64,000 bases of DNA from contig CAVQDH010000002.1 of assembly GCA_963711215.1 (NCBI GenBank), positions 1,110,134 to 1,174,133 on the forward strand. The letters run 5' to 3'. The notes under the pieces were generated by a model. That model was given only the letters and a program-made list of their open reading frames with translations, was not told the DNA's origin and did not search any database. A program made the position numbers and the translations under genes. Shown here piece after piece: positions 9,358 through 18,945 of the stretch. The stretch comes from an uncultured Alphaproteobacteria bacterium (GTDB taxonomy: Bacteria; Pseudomonadota; Alphaproteobacteria; UBA8366). Every line of letters starts with the position of its first letter. Positions within the stretch are counted from its first letter, which is position 1.

Positions 9358-10917
9358 CTAGACGTGAATATCCACACGGTCGTTCGTGACGATTCCAGGC
9401 CGAGCCTGCGTTGCGGTCGGACTGACGGCGGTCACATCCTCGATCGCCGCGCCGCCCCGGCTGCCCGAGCCCGCGGAATTGCTGCCGTCATTGCCGTTAC
9501 CGCCGCCGTTGCTCTTCAATTCAAAGCTCAGGCTGTTGGCGTCGGCATGGAGACCGGCATCTTGCAGGGCATTCTGGAGGATCCGGGCATCCCGCTGCAG
9601 GAGGTCGAGCGTGTCCGCGCGGTGCGCCGTGATGACGGCGGAAACCCGGCCGTCGCTGCCGACATCGAGCCGAACGTCGACTTTGCCGAGATCAGCCGGC
9701 TTGAGCTGTATGCTGATCCGGTCGTTGCCGTCGCCCACCGCCTTCTGAATCTGCACGGCGACCTGGTTGGCGACGAGGCGCGGCGGCAGCGGGGCCGCCG
9801 GTTTAGCCGGCGCTGCTGCTTCGGCGGCGCGAGGCGCGGACTGCTGGCCCGGCTGCCCGGCTCCGGCCAACGTGATCTGTTCGCTGCGCCCGGGAAGGGA
9901 CGTCTGCGCGTCGGTTTCGTCCGCGCCGCCGGACGCGCCACCGGAATTGGCTGACAGCGCATTGCCGAAGCCCGATTGTTGTGGCGTCGCCGGCGCCGTC
10001 TGCTGCGCAGGCTGGCCCGCGGCCGCGCCGGCAGCCTGGCCGGCCTGGGTGCCATTCGCGCTTTGACCGTTGTGGTTGGCGTTACTGGCGCCGCCGAGCC
10101 GGGTCTGCACTTTCGCCTTCGCGTCGGCGCCAGCCGCCGGCTGAGCCGCGCTGGTTAGAGCCGACGCCGCCACCTGCTGCGGTGAATTGCTCTTGGGGCC
10201 GGTGGCATTGTCCGTCGGCGGGCTGGCCTTTCCGGCTTCGGACTGCGCGGCCACCGCGGTGCGGCCGGAAAGCAAGCTTCCCAGCGACGGCAACGGGTCC
10301 TTCGGGCTGCCATCGACGATCTGGGCCTTCGGGACGGTCCCGGCGCCATCTTGCTGTGTCGGCCGTGTTTGCGTCTGTGCCGGCTGCGGCGCCGTGGCAT
10401 CCTTGGGCGGAAGCGCCTGCTGCGTGGCGTCGGCCTTCGGATGGTCTGCGCCGTGGCTGGGCGGCGCGGCGGCGGCACGGCCATCGGTGGCCGGCGGCTG
10501 CGCCTCGCGCGGTGTAGGCGCCGCGGCGTCGGCTTGCTTGGGCTGCGGGGTGTCGGTGCGGCTTTGCGCCGCCGTCCCGGAGGGTGGCGTCGCTCGATCC
10601 GGCGGCTCGGCCGTCGATACCGGCTGAGCGTCGACGCTGGCCACCGGGTCGTTCCGTTTCGGGCGCTCGGTGCTGCGGGTGTCGCGGGCGGATGATACCC
10701 TGTCGTCCCTGGGCGATGGGTCTTCCGCCGGCGCTTGGGTCGTGGCCGGGGGCAGCGCGCTTTGGGTGAGGGCTGCGACGGACAGGTTCGGGGAATAGAA
10801 GCGGCTCACCAGGGCCGCGAAATCCTGCGACGACACGGCATCAGCGCGTTGAGCCGGATTTACGCTTTGAGGCGTAACCGGCTGCTGCAGGTAGGATGAT
10901 ACGGCCGTGCTGATCAT
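9358..10917 (-). CDS. fliK: Flagellar hook-length control protein FliK
   Basis: Long Pro/Ala/Gln-rich spacer plus a conserved C-terminal Flg_hook domain (RISIQLKPADLGKVDVRLDV...VITAHRADTLDLLQRDARILQNALQDAGL). I chose the start at 10917 (MISTAVSS) because a sigma-54 promoter lies inside the longer ORF-track N-terminus. Confidence 0.8.
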   Translation of the reverse strand: MISTAVSSYLQQPVTPQSVNPAQRADAVSSQDFAALVSRFYSPNLSVAALTQSALPPATTQAPAEDPSPRDDRVSSARDTRSTERPKRNDPVASVDAQPVSTAEPPDRATPPSGTAAQSRTDTPQPKQADAAAPTPREAQPPATDGRAAAAPPSHGADHPKADATQQALPPKDATAPQPAQTQTRPTQQDGAGTVPKAQIVDGSPKDPLPSLGSLLSGRTAVAAQSEAGKASPPTDNATGPKSNSPQQVAASALTSAAQPAAGADAKAKVQTRLGGASNANHNGQSANGTQAGQAAGAAAGQPAQQTAPATPQQSGFGNALSANSGGASGGADETDAQTSLPGRSEQITLAGAGQPGQQSAPRAAEAAAPAKPAAPLPPRLVANQVAVQIQKAVGDGNDRISIQLKPADLGKVDVRLDVGSDGRVSAVITAHRADTLDLLQRDARILQNALQDAGLHADANSLSFELKSNGGGNGNDGSNSAGSGSRGGAAIEDVTAVSPTATQARPGIVTNDRVDIHV

Positions 10918-10951
10918 GGTCGTCGCATGCAATTGACAGTCGCCAACTACC

Positions 10952-11078
10952 AGCAACAGTCGGGCCAACTCTATAACGCATTGATATAAAAATATTTTAT
11001 CGGGAAAGCGGGCTGGTTTTCAGGGCATAAACTTCCGCGCGATGGAAATTTGTTCTGCGATGAAAGGCAGAAATTACC
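10952..11078 (-). promoter_or_regulatory. Sigma-54 promoter module for fliK-flgD-flgE
   Basis: Minus strand TGGCCCGACTGTTGCT (10967-10952, GG-N10-GC). IHF-consensus TATCAATGCGTTA (10986-10974). Degenerate palindrome GGCAGAAATTACC (11066-11078) about 100 bp upstream. Confidence 0.6.
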
Positions 11079-11153
11079 GCTTCGCGCCTTGCCGCGGGCA
11101 TGCCGAATCGCGGCCCATCCCGGCGGAGGGGCCGTGCAAGCGTGCGTGAGGCG

Positions 11154-11597
11154 TCAGATCGACTTGTCGATGACGGCGCCGCCGTTACCGCTGTCCGACG
11201 CGCTCTGAGTCTGCGGGCCGACCACTTGCTTCAGCTGGTGGAGCAGCTCGGACGGCGGAATCGTCTCGATGACTTCCTTGGTCCGGCTGTCTACGAGCTG
11301 CAGCACGATGGTGTCGGTCTCGCGATTGAAGTTGAGCTGCGTGCGGAGGTTCGACAGGCGAAGCCTGTCGAGGGCCTGCTGCGCGGTAACGTGCTCGTCT
11401 TGCTGCTTGCCAATGCGATCCTGCCCGCGCTCGGCTGAGGGCGTCGAAACTTCCGGGCTCACGTTAACCGTCTGCGCGGCGCTGGCGAGCACGGGCTTGT
11501 TTGCCGTGTTCGCATTCGCGCTGTTCGCAGGCACCGGTTGCGGCGATGCTTGCGGCCCGGACGGCAGAACCGTCTTGGGAACGAATTGCACGTCCAT
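11154..11597 (-). CDS. flaG: Flagellar protein FlaG
   Basis: C-terminal FlaG-family signature (LNFNRETDTIVLQLVDSRTKEVIETIPPSELL). ATG at 11597 preceded by GGGAGG. The longer ORF-track start lies upstream of the mapped promoter. Confidence 0.7.
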   Translation of the reverse strand: MDVQFVPKTVLPSGPQASPQPVPANSANANTANKPVLASAAQTVNVSPEVSTPSAERGQDRIGKQQDEHVTAQQALDRLRLSNLRTQLNFNRETDTIVLQLVDSRTKEVIETIPPSELLHQLKQVVGPQTQSASDSGNGGAVIDKSI

Positions 11598-11808
11598 TGT
11601 TGCCTCCCGAACCGGCCTTCTGCCGGCTCCTGGTGGTGTGTCGCGCGCCGCGCCGACGATGCGTCGATCACGGTAGCGCTTGCGGAGCGAGGATCTCGAA
11701 AAGCAGCCGATTTCGGCAGCCGATCCCGGCTCGATCCGGACCAGGGTGCTGGGAGTGAATAGCCGAAAGCCCCAAACGGCGAATTCCCAGTCCGCGCCCT
11801 CAGATACA

Positions 11809-12094
11809 TGCAACCGGTGTGCCAGAGAGACCGTTTTCGACAAAGACGCCCAGCATCGATGGGCAAACGCGAAAATTGTGTAGCTTCTTGAGAGCGGGTC
11901 CGAATCGATACATTTAATAGGCTGTTATATCGAGTAAATATGGCGATCTTTTTGCTGACGGCGCGACGGTCGAGTTTTAACAGATTTACAATTTAAACTG
12001 CTTCAGATCAGGCGCTTACAACTTCAACTACGGTGGTACCGCCTAGGCAATTATTGCCGGCTATCTGGCGCGAATTTGCCCGGCAAAAATTGCC
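11809..12094 (-). promoter_or_regulatory. Sigma-54 promoter for flaG plus upstream palindrome pair
   Basis: Minus strand TGGCACACCGGTTGCA (11824-11809), a perfect TGGCAC-N5-TTGCA. Palindromes GGCAATTATTGCC (12046-12058) and TTGCCCGGCAAAAATTGCC (12076-12094) lie 220-270 bp upstream. Confidence 0.6.
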
Positions 12095-12219
12095 CACTCC
12101 TTCTTCAACGCCGGATCGGCACCGGGTCGAAGTCGTACGGATGGCTGCGATCATTCCGCTGGTGTCGCCCGGCGCAGATTTATTTGGAAGCGCTCGACGC
12201 TTCGCGTAAAGTCGCGCCG

Positions 12220-13047
12220 ATGGCCGACAGTACTTTGAGGCGTGCGTATAACCGTGACGGATACCTCGTCGCACGGAACGTGCTGGAACCGTCGGTGGTG
12301 GAAGGCGTGCTATCGGAATGCCGCGACGTCTTGCGCCTGCAGGCGGAGCGGCACGGAATCGCGGCGGCACCGGAAAGCGGACCGGAATTCGACGCCGCCC
12401 TGGCGGATCTGTTCCGAACATCGATCGGAAGCTATCTGGCCGCGGCCAAATTGACGCAATATCTGCCGTCGCTGCACCGGCTCGGCGCCGATGCTCCGAT
12501 CTTGCATCTCATCCGCTCGCTTGGCATCGACCGGCCGGTGATCTCGACGCGGCCCGTCGTCCACATCGTTTCCGACGATCTCAAGGTTCCCGGCGGCTAT
12601 CATCGGACGCCGCCGCACCAGGATTGGCGCAGCGTTCAGGGCAGCCTCGACGGCTTGGTCGTCTGGCTGCCGCTCGTGCCGGTGGAGGCGCAGAACAATG
12701 CCCTGGAGGTCGTGCCCGGCAGCCATCGCCTGGGGCTCTTGCCCACCGTGCCGCATCCGTTCGGGACGACCGTGACCGATCGCCGGATTGCCGATGACGC
12801 CTTTGTGCCGCTGGGCGCCCAGCCGGGTGACGCGGTGGTCTTCTCGATGTTCCTGGTCCACCGGACGGGATCGGCCACGCGTCCGGGCGTGCGCTGGGCG
12901 GTCAGCTTCCGGTACAACAATCTCGACGAGCCCAGCTTCGTCGCGCGCGACTTCCCCAATCCGTTCATCTACCGGTCGCGCGAGGATCTGCTCGTCGAGG
13001 GATTCCCGACGGCGGAAGAAGTGGATCGCGTCTTCCGTGACGAATGA
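12220..13047 (+). CDS. Phytanoyl-CoA dioxygenase (PhyH) family Fe(II)/2-oxoglutarate oxygenase
   Basis: HxD iron motif (PPHQDW), distal His (FLVHRTG), and RW.VSFRY near the C-terminus. I chose the ATG at 12220 (MADSTLRRAYNRDGY). Confidence 0.75.
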   Translation: MADSTLRRAYNRDGYLVARNVLEPSVVEGVLSECRDVLRLQAERHGIAAAPESGPEFDAALADLFRTSIGSYLAAAKLTQYLPSLHRLGADAPILHLIRSLGIDRPVISTRPVVHIVSDDLKVPGGYHRTPPHQDWRSVQGSLDGLVVWLPLVPVEAQNNALEVVPGSHRLGLLPTVPHPFGTTVTDRRIADDAFVPLGAQPGDAVVFSMFLVHRTGSATRPGVRWAVSFRYNNLDEPSFVARDFPNPFIYRSREDLLVEGFPTAEEVDRVFRDE

Positions 13048-13059
13048 GGGTGTTGCCGC

Positions 13060-13971
13060 CTAGTCCTGTTCCAGAATGGCAAGTCCCATTCCGTCCCGGC
13101 CATAGCCGTTCCCGGTATAGAGCATGTAACGATTGCCGGCGTGATCGAAGACGAAGGGATAGGCGACCAGCTCACTGTCCCACCCGGAATCGGATACGTC
13201 GATCCCCGTCAGCGCGTCCCGTCGCGTCCACGAAAGACCGTCCGGCGATTCCGCATAGCCGATGCGGTAGAGATAATCCGTGCCGCGGTGGCAATACCAC
13301 ATGCGCCACCGGTCCGTGTCGTGGATGACCGAGGGCCGGGCTATCGCGATCTCGGTGGGGCCTTCGGCGCCGATCAAGACCTTCGGATTGGTTTGCCAGA
13401 CGATGCCGTCCGTGCTCGTCGCATGGCGGATGTTGTAGTAGGGCGGCTGCTCGGGTATCGGCCATTCCGTCGCCGAAAAATACCACATGCGCCAGTTTCC
13501 GTCGGAGCCGAGGACGCACGGCGTCGAGACCAGCGTGGGATCCGCGGGGTTGCGGTCCAGCACTGCGTCCGGGCTATACCGCGCATAGGTCTGGCCGCCG
13601 TCACGCGAGATGGCGAGGCCGATGGCGACATGATAGGGATCGGGTCCGTGCTGGGACCAGCCGATGTAATAGAGCCAGCGCTCGTCGCCGCGATGCACCA
13701 GCCACGTCGCGCCGGCGCCGGTATGGTCGAAACGCCCCGGCGCGCCCGGCGCGAGAACGGGCTGCTCGGCAATACGCAGGACGTCCTGCGGTTTCGTGAT
13801 GTCGATGTCGAGCCACCCCGCGTGCGAGCGATTGTTCTCGTTGCGCGTGGTGAACCAGATGCGGACGAGATTGCCGTCAATAGGTTCGGCGAACGGCAAC
13901 AAGCTATGCGACTGCATCCACGGCCGCTGCCCGGCCGCCTTGAAAATGCGGCCCAGCTTGCGCCATCGCAT
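13060..13971 (-). CDS. Beta-propeller protein resembling the GH32/43/62/68 glycosidase clan (function unknown)
   Basis: Repeated W/Y-rich blade motifs (WLYYIGW, WRMWYFS, WRMWYCH, YMLYTGNG). Start ATG overlaps the stop of the upstream acyltransferase (ATGA at 13971-13973). Confidence 0.55.
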   Translation of the reverse strand: MRWRKLGRIFKAAGQRPWMQSHSLLPFAEPIDGNLVRIWFTTRNENNRSHAGWLDIDITKPQDVLRIAEQPVLAPGAPGRFDHTGAGATWLVHRGDERWLYYIGWSQHGPDPYHVAIGLAISRDGGQTYARYSPDAVLDRNPADPTLVSTPCVLGSDGNWRMWYFSATEWPIPEQPPYYNIRHATSTDGIVWQTNPKVLIGAEGPTEIAIARPSVIHDTDRWRMWYCHRGTDYLYRIGYAESPDGLSWTRRDALTGIDVSDSGWDSELVAYPFVFDHAGNRYMLYTGNGYGRDGMGLAILEQD

Positions 13972-14633
13972 CAGAACCCTCGCATCCGGTTGCTCGGCAC
14001 TTTCGATCGTTCCGTCGCCGTCGCCGGATAGACGCCGCCTTCCGCTGCGTCCTGCAGCAGCAAGGCGCCCGCGCCGATCAGGCATCGGGCGCCGATATTG
14101 ATGTTATCCGCCAGCGTCGCATTGACACCGATAAAGCAGTTGTCGCCGACGGTCACCGCGCCGGAAACGACGACATGGCTCGCGATGAATACGTTCGCGC
14201 CGATCGTGGCGTGATGGCCGATATGGTTGCCGCTCCACAGCGTCGTATTTTCGCCAATGGAAACAAAAGGCTGTATGGTGTTGTGCTCAAGCAGGAAGAG
14301 GTTGTCTTTCGGCTCGAATCCGCGCCACACGAAAGCCCGACTCGACACGTAGTGGGCAAAGCGGTAGCCCTTGCGCCGCGCCTCCTGAAACTTCGCCTCG
14401 CGATGCCGGTTCAGCTTGCCGAACGCCATGGCGATGAAGATGTCGCATTGATCCGGGGGAAAGTGGCGCTCCACTTCCTCGAAGGCCACGAGCGGCAGCC
14501 CCATGGCCTGATCGGTTTGCAGAAAATCCGAATCGACGGTGAAGCCGACGACCGAATAGTCGCTATCCTGGACGAAGCAGTAATGCGCGACCTCGGCGAT
14601 CTGGCCCGCACCGAAGATAACCAGCCGTTTCAT
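13971..14633 (-). CDS. NeuD/PglD-family sugar O/N-acyltransferase (left-handed beta-helix)
   Basis: N-terminal Rossmann-like MKRLVIFGAGQIAEV followed by hexapeptide repeats (IGENTTLWSGNHIGHHATIGANVFIASHVVVSGAVTVGDNCFIGVNATL). Confidence 0.8.
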   Translation of the reverse strand: MKRLVIFGAGQIAEVAHYCFVQDSDYSVVGFTVDSDFLQTDQAMGLPLVAFEEVERHFPPDQCDIFIAMAFGKLNRHREAKFQEARRKGYRFAHYVSSRAFVWRGFEPKDNLFLLEHNTIQPFVSIGENTTLWSGNHIGHHATIGANVFIASHVVVSGAVTVGDNCFIGVNATLADNINIGARCLIGAGALLLQDAAEGGVYPATATERSKVPSNRMRGF

Positions 14634-14691
14634 GCGCGGACTATATCAGCGGCTGGCGTGCCCGATAAGTGTCGACGTAAACTGCCGCGCC

Positions 14692-16767
14692 ATGTCGAGC
14701 CCGATCGAAATGTTGCAGGCGGCGCTGAGGTTCCAGCAGCGGGGGGAGCACGCGGCGGCGGCCCGTGTATTGCGCCAGGTGCTGACGATCGATGCGGGAC
14801 ATCCGGATGCCCTGCATCTGCTGGGACTATGCCTGCACGCGCAAGGTGATAGCGCCGAAGCGTTAAAGCAGATTCGCAAGGCGATCGAGGTCAAGCCGTC
14901 GGAGCCGATGTTCCACACCAACGCCGGCGTCGTCGCCGTCGCGATGGGGGACGTCAAGGCCGGCATTACGCATTATAGCCGCGCGCTCGCGCTCGATCCG
15001 GCCTATGTCGACGCTTGCAACAATCTCGGAGTCGCGCTGCAGCGTATGGGGCTTTTCAATGAAGCGGCGACGGCATTCCGCCGGGCCGTCGAGCTTTGCC
15101 CGGACGCGCCGGGCCCGCTCGTCAATCTCGGCAACACCCTGCGGGCGCTCGGCCAACCGGCGGACGCGATCGCGTACTACCGGCGCGCCCTTGCGATTGC
15201 GCCCGATATGGCGGAAGCGCACAACAATCTCGGCAACGCCTTGAAGACGCAGCGGCGCTACGACGACGCCATCGAAAGTTATGACAAGGCGTTGAAACTC
15301 CGGCCCGATTTTTCCGAGGCGCATTTCAACCGCGGGCTCGTTCTTGCGGCTCGCGGCGATCCGGAAGGGGCGGTGGATGCGCTCACGCGGGCGATCGCGA
15401 TCCTCCCGGATCCGCGATATCGCCTCGCGCGGGCCGGCATCCTGCCGGTCATGCCCCGCTCGCTCTCGGATATGGCGGAATGGCGCGAGCGTTTTGCGCA
15501 TGAAATCGCCGCGCTGGCTTCCGAAAAAATCACGGTGCCGGGAACGCCGCTCGAGACACCGGTGATGAATTTCTATCTCGCCTATCACGGTGAGAACGAC
15601 CGCGAGCTCATGGTGCAGCTGTCCCGGCTGTTCCGGCAGGCCTATCCGTCGCTGGAATGGACGGCGCCGCATTGCCAGGACGCAGCATTGCGGGAGCGCG
15701 GGCCGCGCGTCCGTCTTGGGTTTTTCTCCACCTTCCTGTACGACCATGCGGTGGCGTGGAGCATCCGCGGATTTCTCGAAGCGCTGCCGAAGGACCGTTT
15801 CGAGGTCATCCTGTTCACCGTGCGGCAGCCCGAAGGCGACGTTATGCCGGAGATCATGGCCGCGGCAGACAAGGTCATCATGCTGCCGCAGTCGATCGAT
15901 CGGGCACGCGGCCTCATCGCCGAAGCGCGTCTCGATGTCTTGACCTTTGCGGACATCGGGATGGAGAGCTTGAGCTATGCGCTCGCGCATGCGCGATTGG
16001 CGCCGGTGCAATGCGCGACCTGGGGGCATCCGGTGACCACCGGCATCTCGACGGTGGATTATTACATCTCGAGCGATTTCGCCGAGCCGGACGACGCGGC
16101 CGAGCAGTACAGCGAGCGGCTTGTCCGTCTCTCCGGGATCCAATGCACCTACCGCCGGCCTTCCTTCCCGGCCGATCCGAAGCCGCCCGCGCCCGATCTG
16201 CCCGCCGGTGCGACGATCTATCTTTGTCCGCAGAGCCTGTTCAAGATCCATCCGGACATGGACGGGCCGCTGTCGGAAATCCTGCGCCGGGACCCCGCGG
16301 GCGTCATGCTGTTCTTCGAGGGAACGGACAAGGTCATCACCGGCCGCCTGCAGGAACGCTGGCGCGAGACCTTCGCGGATGTGGCCGCGCGCGTACGCTT
16401 CCTGCCGCGCGTGACGGTCGATCGTTTCCTGGAAACCATGGCGTCCGCCGATGTCTTGCTGGACACATGGCCGTTCGGCAGCGGCAACACGAGCTACCAG
16501 GGCTTTGCCGCCGGTATTCCCATCGTGACCTTTCCGGGAAAGTATTTGCGCGGGAGGGGAACGCTGGCGCATTACCGTCACATGGGATTCACCGATTGCG
16601 TCGCGGACACGCCGGAATCCTATGTGGATATTGCCGTCCGCCTCGGCACCGACAGCGAATTTCACCGCCGGATTTCGGCCATGATCCGCGAGCGCTGCCA
16701 CGTGCTGTTCGATGACGAGCGCGTCGGGGCCGACCTCGTGCGGTTCCTCCTGGAGGTGACGGCGTGA
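14692..16767 (+). CDS. TPR + GT41 (O-GlcNAc-transferase/SPINDLY-like) glycosyltransferase, copy A
   Basis: About 8 TPRs, then a catalytic region collinear with eukaryotic OGT (LAPVQCATWGHPVTTGISTVDYYISSDFAEPDDAAEQYSERLVRL; LDTWPFGSGNTSYQGFAAGIPIVTFPG; YVDIAVRLGTDSEF). I chose the start at 14692 (MSSPIEML). Confidence 0.85.
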   Translation: MSSPIEMLQAALRFQQRGEHAAAARVLRQVLTIDAGHPDALHLLGLCLHAQGDSAEALKQIRKAIEVKPSEPMFHTNAGVVAVAMGDVKAGITHYSRALALDPAYVDACNNLGVALQRMGLFNEAATAFRRAVELCPDAPGPLVNLGNTLRALGQPADAIAYYRRALAIAPDMAEAHNNLGNALKTQRRYDDAIESYDKALKLRPDFSEAHFNRGLVLAARGDPEGAVDALTRAIAILPDPRYRLARAGILPVMPRSLSDMAEWRERFAHEIAALASEKITVPGTPLETPVMNFYLAYHGENDRELMVQLSRLFRQAYPSLEWTAPHCQDAALRERGPRVRLGFFSTFLYDHAVAWSIRGFLEALPKDRFEVILFTVRQPEGDVMPEIMAAADKVIMLPQSIDRARGLIAEARLDVLTFADIGMESLSYALAHARLAPVQCATWGHPVTTGISTVDYYISSDFAEPDDAAEQYSERLVRLSGIQCTYRRPSFPADPKPPAPDLPAGATIYLCPQSLFKIHPDMDGPLSEILRRDPAGVMLFFEGTDKVITGRLQERWRETFADVAARVRFLPRVTVDRFLETMASADVLLDTWPFGSGNTSYQGFAAGIPIVTFPGKYLRGRGTLAHYRHMGFTDCVADTPESYVDIAVRLGTDSEFHRRISAMIRERCHVLFDDERVGADLVRFLLEVTA

Positions 16768-18945
16768 GCGAGGTCGGCTTGCTGCTCGCCGAGGCGCAGC
16801 AGCAATTCAAGGCCGGACGAACCGCCGACTCCTATGCGACATGCGGCGAGGTGCTCAAGCGCGATCCGGAAAATTCGGCGGCGCTCGAGCTGATGGGGGT
16901 GCTGGCGAGCCGGCTGGGGGAGATCGAGACCGCCGTGCAGATGCTGGAACGCGCGGCAAAGCAGCGGCCCGGCGAGGCGCGTCTTCTCGCCAATCTCGGC
17001 GCCGTGTACCGGGCGGCCGGGCGGGTCGAGGAGGCGGAGGCGCGCTATCGCGACGCAATCGCCCTCGATCCGGACAGCCGTGCCGGCGCGGTTCAATCTG
17101 GCGAATCTGCTGATGGCACGCGGCGAGTTCGACGCCGCCTTGCGCGAATATGTGGCGATCGTCGAGCGCGATCCATCGAATGCCGGCGCCCTGAACAACA
17201 TGGCGGCAGTCCTCGAGGCCAAGGGCCGTTTCGAAGAGGCGGAAAGCGTTTATCGCGCGCTTCTTGATGCCAATCCGGAGGATGCCGGCGCGTCCAACAA
17301 CCTCGGCGCACTGCTCCGGGACATGGGGCGCATGCCGGAAGCGATCATGCATTACCGGCGAGCGATTGCTCTCGACCCGAAGGCAGTCGAGCCGCGCAAC
17401 AATCTGGGCGTGGCGCTGCTCGACACCGGCGATTTCGAAGCCGCGGTCGACTGTATTCGCGACGCCTTGGCGCTTGGCGGCGACGTCGCCGCGGTCCATG
17501 AAAATCTCGGCAACGCGCTGCGCAAGCTCGGAGAGACGGACGAAGCGGCTCGGGCTTACGAAAAGGCGCTGGCGCTCGGCAACGCGGCCGGCGTGCGCTT
17601 CAAGCTGGCGACACTGCTTCCGGCCGTGGCCGGTTCGACCGACGAGCTCGATCGCTGGCGGCGGCGGATGGCCAAGGCCGTGGATGCGCTCGCCGACGCG
17701 GGCTTCTCACTGCGCGATCCGTATGCGGAAGTGGGGGTCACTACCTTCAACCTGTCCTATCACGATACGAACAACCGCGACCTGCAGGCCTCGCTTGCGC
17801 AGGCCTATCTCCGTGCCTGCCCGACGTTGGCTTTTACGGCGCCGCATTGCGCGGCACCACGGCCATCAGGCGCGGCGCCGCTCAAGGTCGGATTCATTTC
17901 GCGCCAGTTCGCGAACAATGCCGTCGGCTGGTGCTTTCACGGCGTGCTGCGCCACATGCCGCGCGACGATATTTCGGTGACGGCCCTGCGGTTCGGCGAG
18001 TTGGACGATCCCTTGTGGCGGCGCATCGCCGCCGACGTGGACGCGGCGGTGGTCCTGCCGGCGTCGCTGGCGTTTGCGCGCGCGCGCATCGCCGAGCTGG
18101 AATTGGACGTGCTCGTCTATACGGATATCGGCATGGAGCCGCTCACCTACTTCCTCGCCTTCGCGCGGCTCGCTCCGTTGCAGTGCGTGCTGGGCGGTCA
18201 CCCCGATACGCTCGGCATTCCGGCGATCGATCTCTTCATCAGCAGCGACCTGCAGGAGCCGGCCGACGCGGAGGAGCATTACAGCGAAAAACTCATTCGC
18301 TTGCCGGGGGCGCCGACCTATTACGACCGCCCGGAGGTGCCCGCGCCGCTCAAGCCGCGCGCGGCGTTCGGCCTGCCCGAGGAAGGGGCGATCTATTTCT
18401 GCGCCCAGACGCTGATCAAGATCCATCCCGAGATGGACGCGCTCTTTGCCGGCATTCTTGCGGGCGATCCGGAGGGGCTGCTTGTCCTGCCGGCGGGCTA
18501 CAATCCGCGGCTGGCCGAGCGTCTCAAGGCGCGCTTCGCACGAAGCTTGGGGCCTTTGGCGGAGCGGGTCCGCTTCTTGCCGGCGATGAGCCATCTCGAT
18601 TTCATGAACGTCATGGCGCTGGCCGATGTTTCGCTCGATACCCGGCCGTTCGGCGGCGGCAACACGAGCTGGCAGGCGATCGCCGCGGGCACGCCCATCG
18701 TGACGTGGCCGGGCCGGTTCCTGCGCGGCCGCTACACGCAAGCGCTTTATCGCCTGGCCGGCGCGGAAGACACCATTGTCGGCAGCGCCGGGGCCTATGT
18801 CGCGATGGCGCTGCGGCTGGCGCAAGATCGCGATTTCCGGTCCGCCGTGCAGGCCCGGATCGCCGCCGGGGCCGGACGTATCTTCGCCGACAGGACGCAT
18901 GTCGCGGCTTTGCGCGATACGTTCATCCGATACGCCAAGTCTTAG
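16764..18945 (+). pseudogene. TPR + GT41 (OGT-like) glycosyltransferase, copy B, one frame break (possible artefact)
   Basis: ORFs 16764-17267 and 17080-18945 join as ...AIALDPDS|VPARFNLANLL once a C is removed from the CC run at 17077-17078. Length is 3n+1. GT41 motifs (LQCVLGGHPDTLGIPAIDLFISSDLQEPADAEEHYSEKLIRLPG; LDTRPFGGGNTSWQAIAAGTPIVTWPG). GTG start overlaps the copy A stop (GTGA). Confidence 0.8.

Noticed and set aside
9358-10917. Repetitive Pro/Ala/Gln-rich DNA in fliK (and similar stretches at 44700-45030 and 47400-47495) as repeat elements or CRISPR-like arrays.
   Set aside because: This is low-complexity coding sequence for linker regions. There are no regularly spaced identical repeats with unique spacers.
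14660-14668. GCCCGATAA in the 58-bp divergent spacer between the acyltransferase and GT41 genes, resembling the sigma-28 -10 element GCCGATAA.
   Set aside because: It has an extra C, there is no TAAA -35 element at the right distance, and no fliA is visible in the window.
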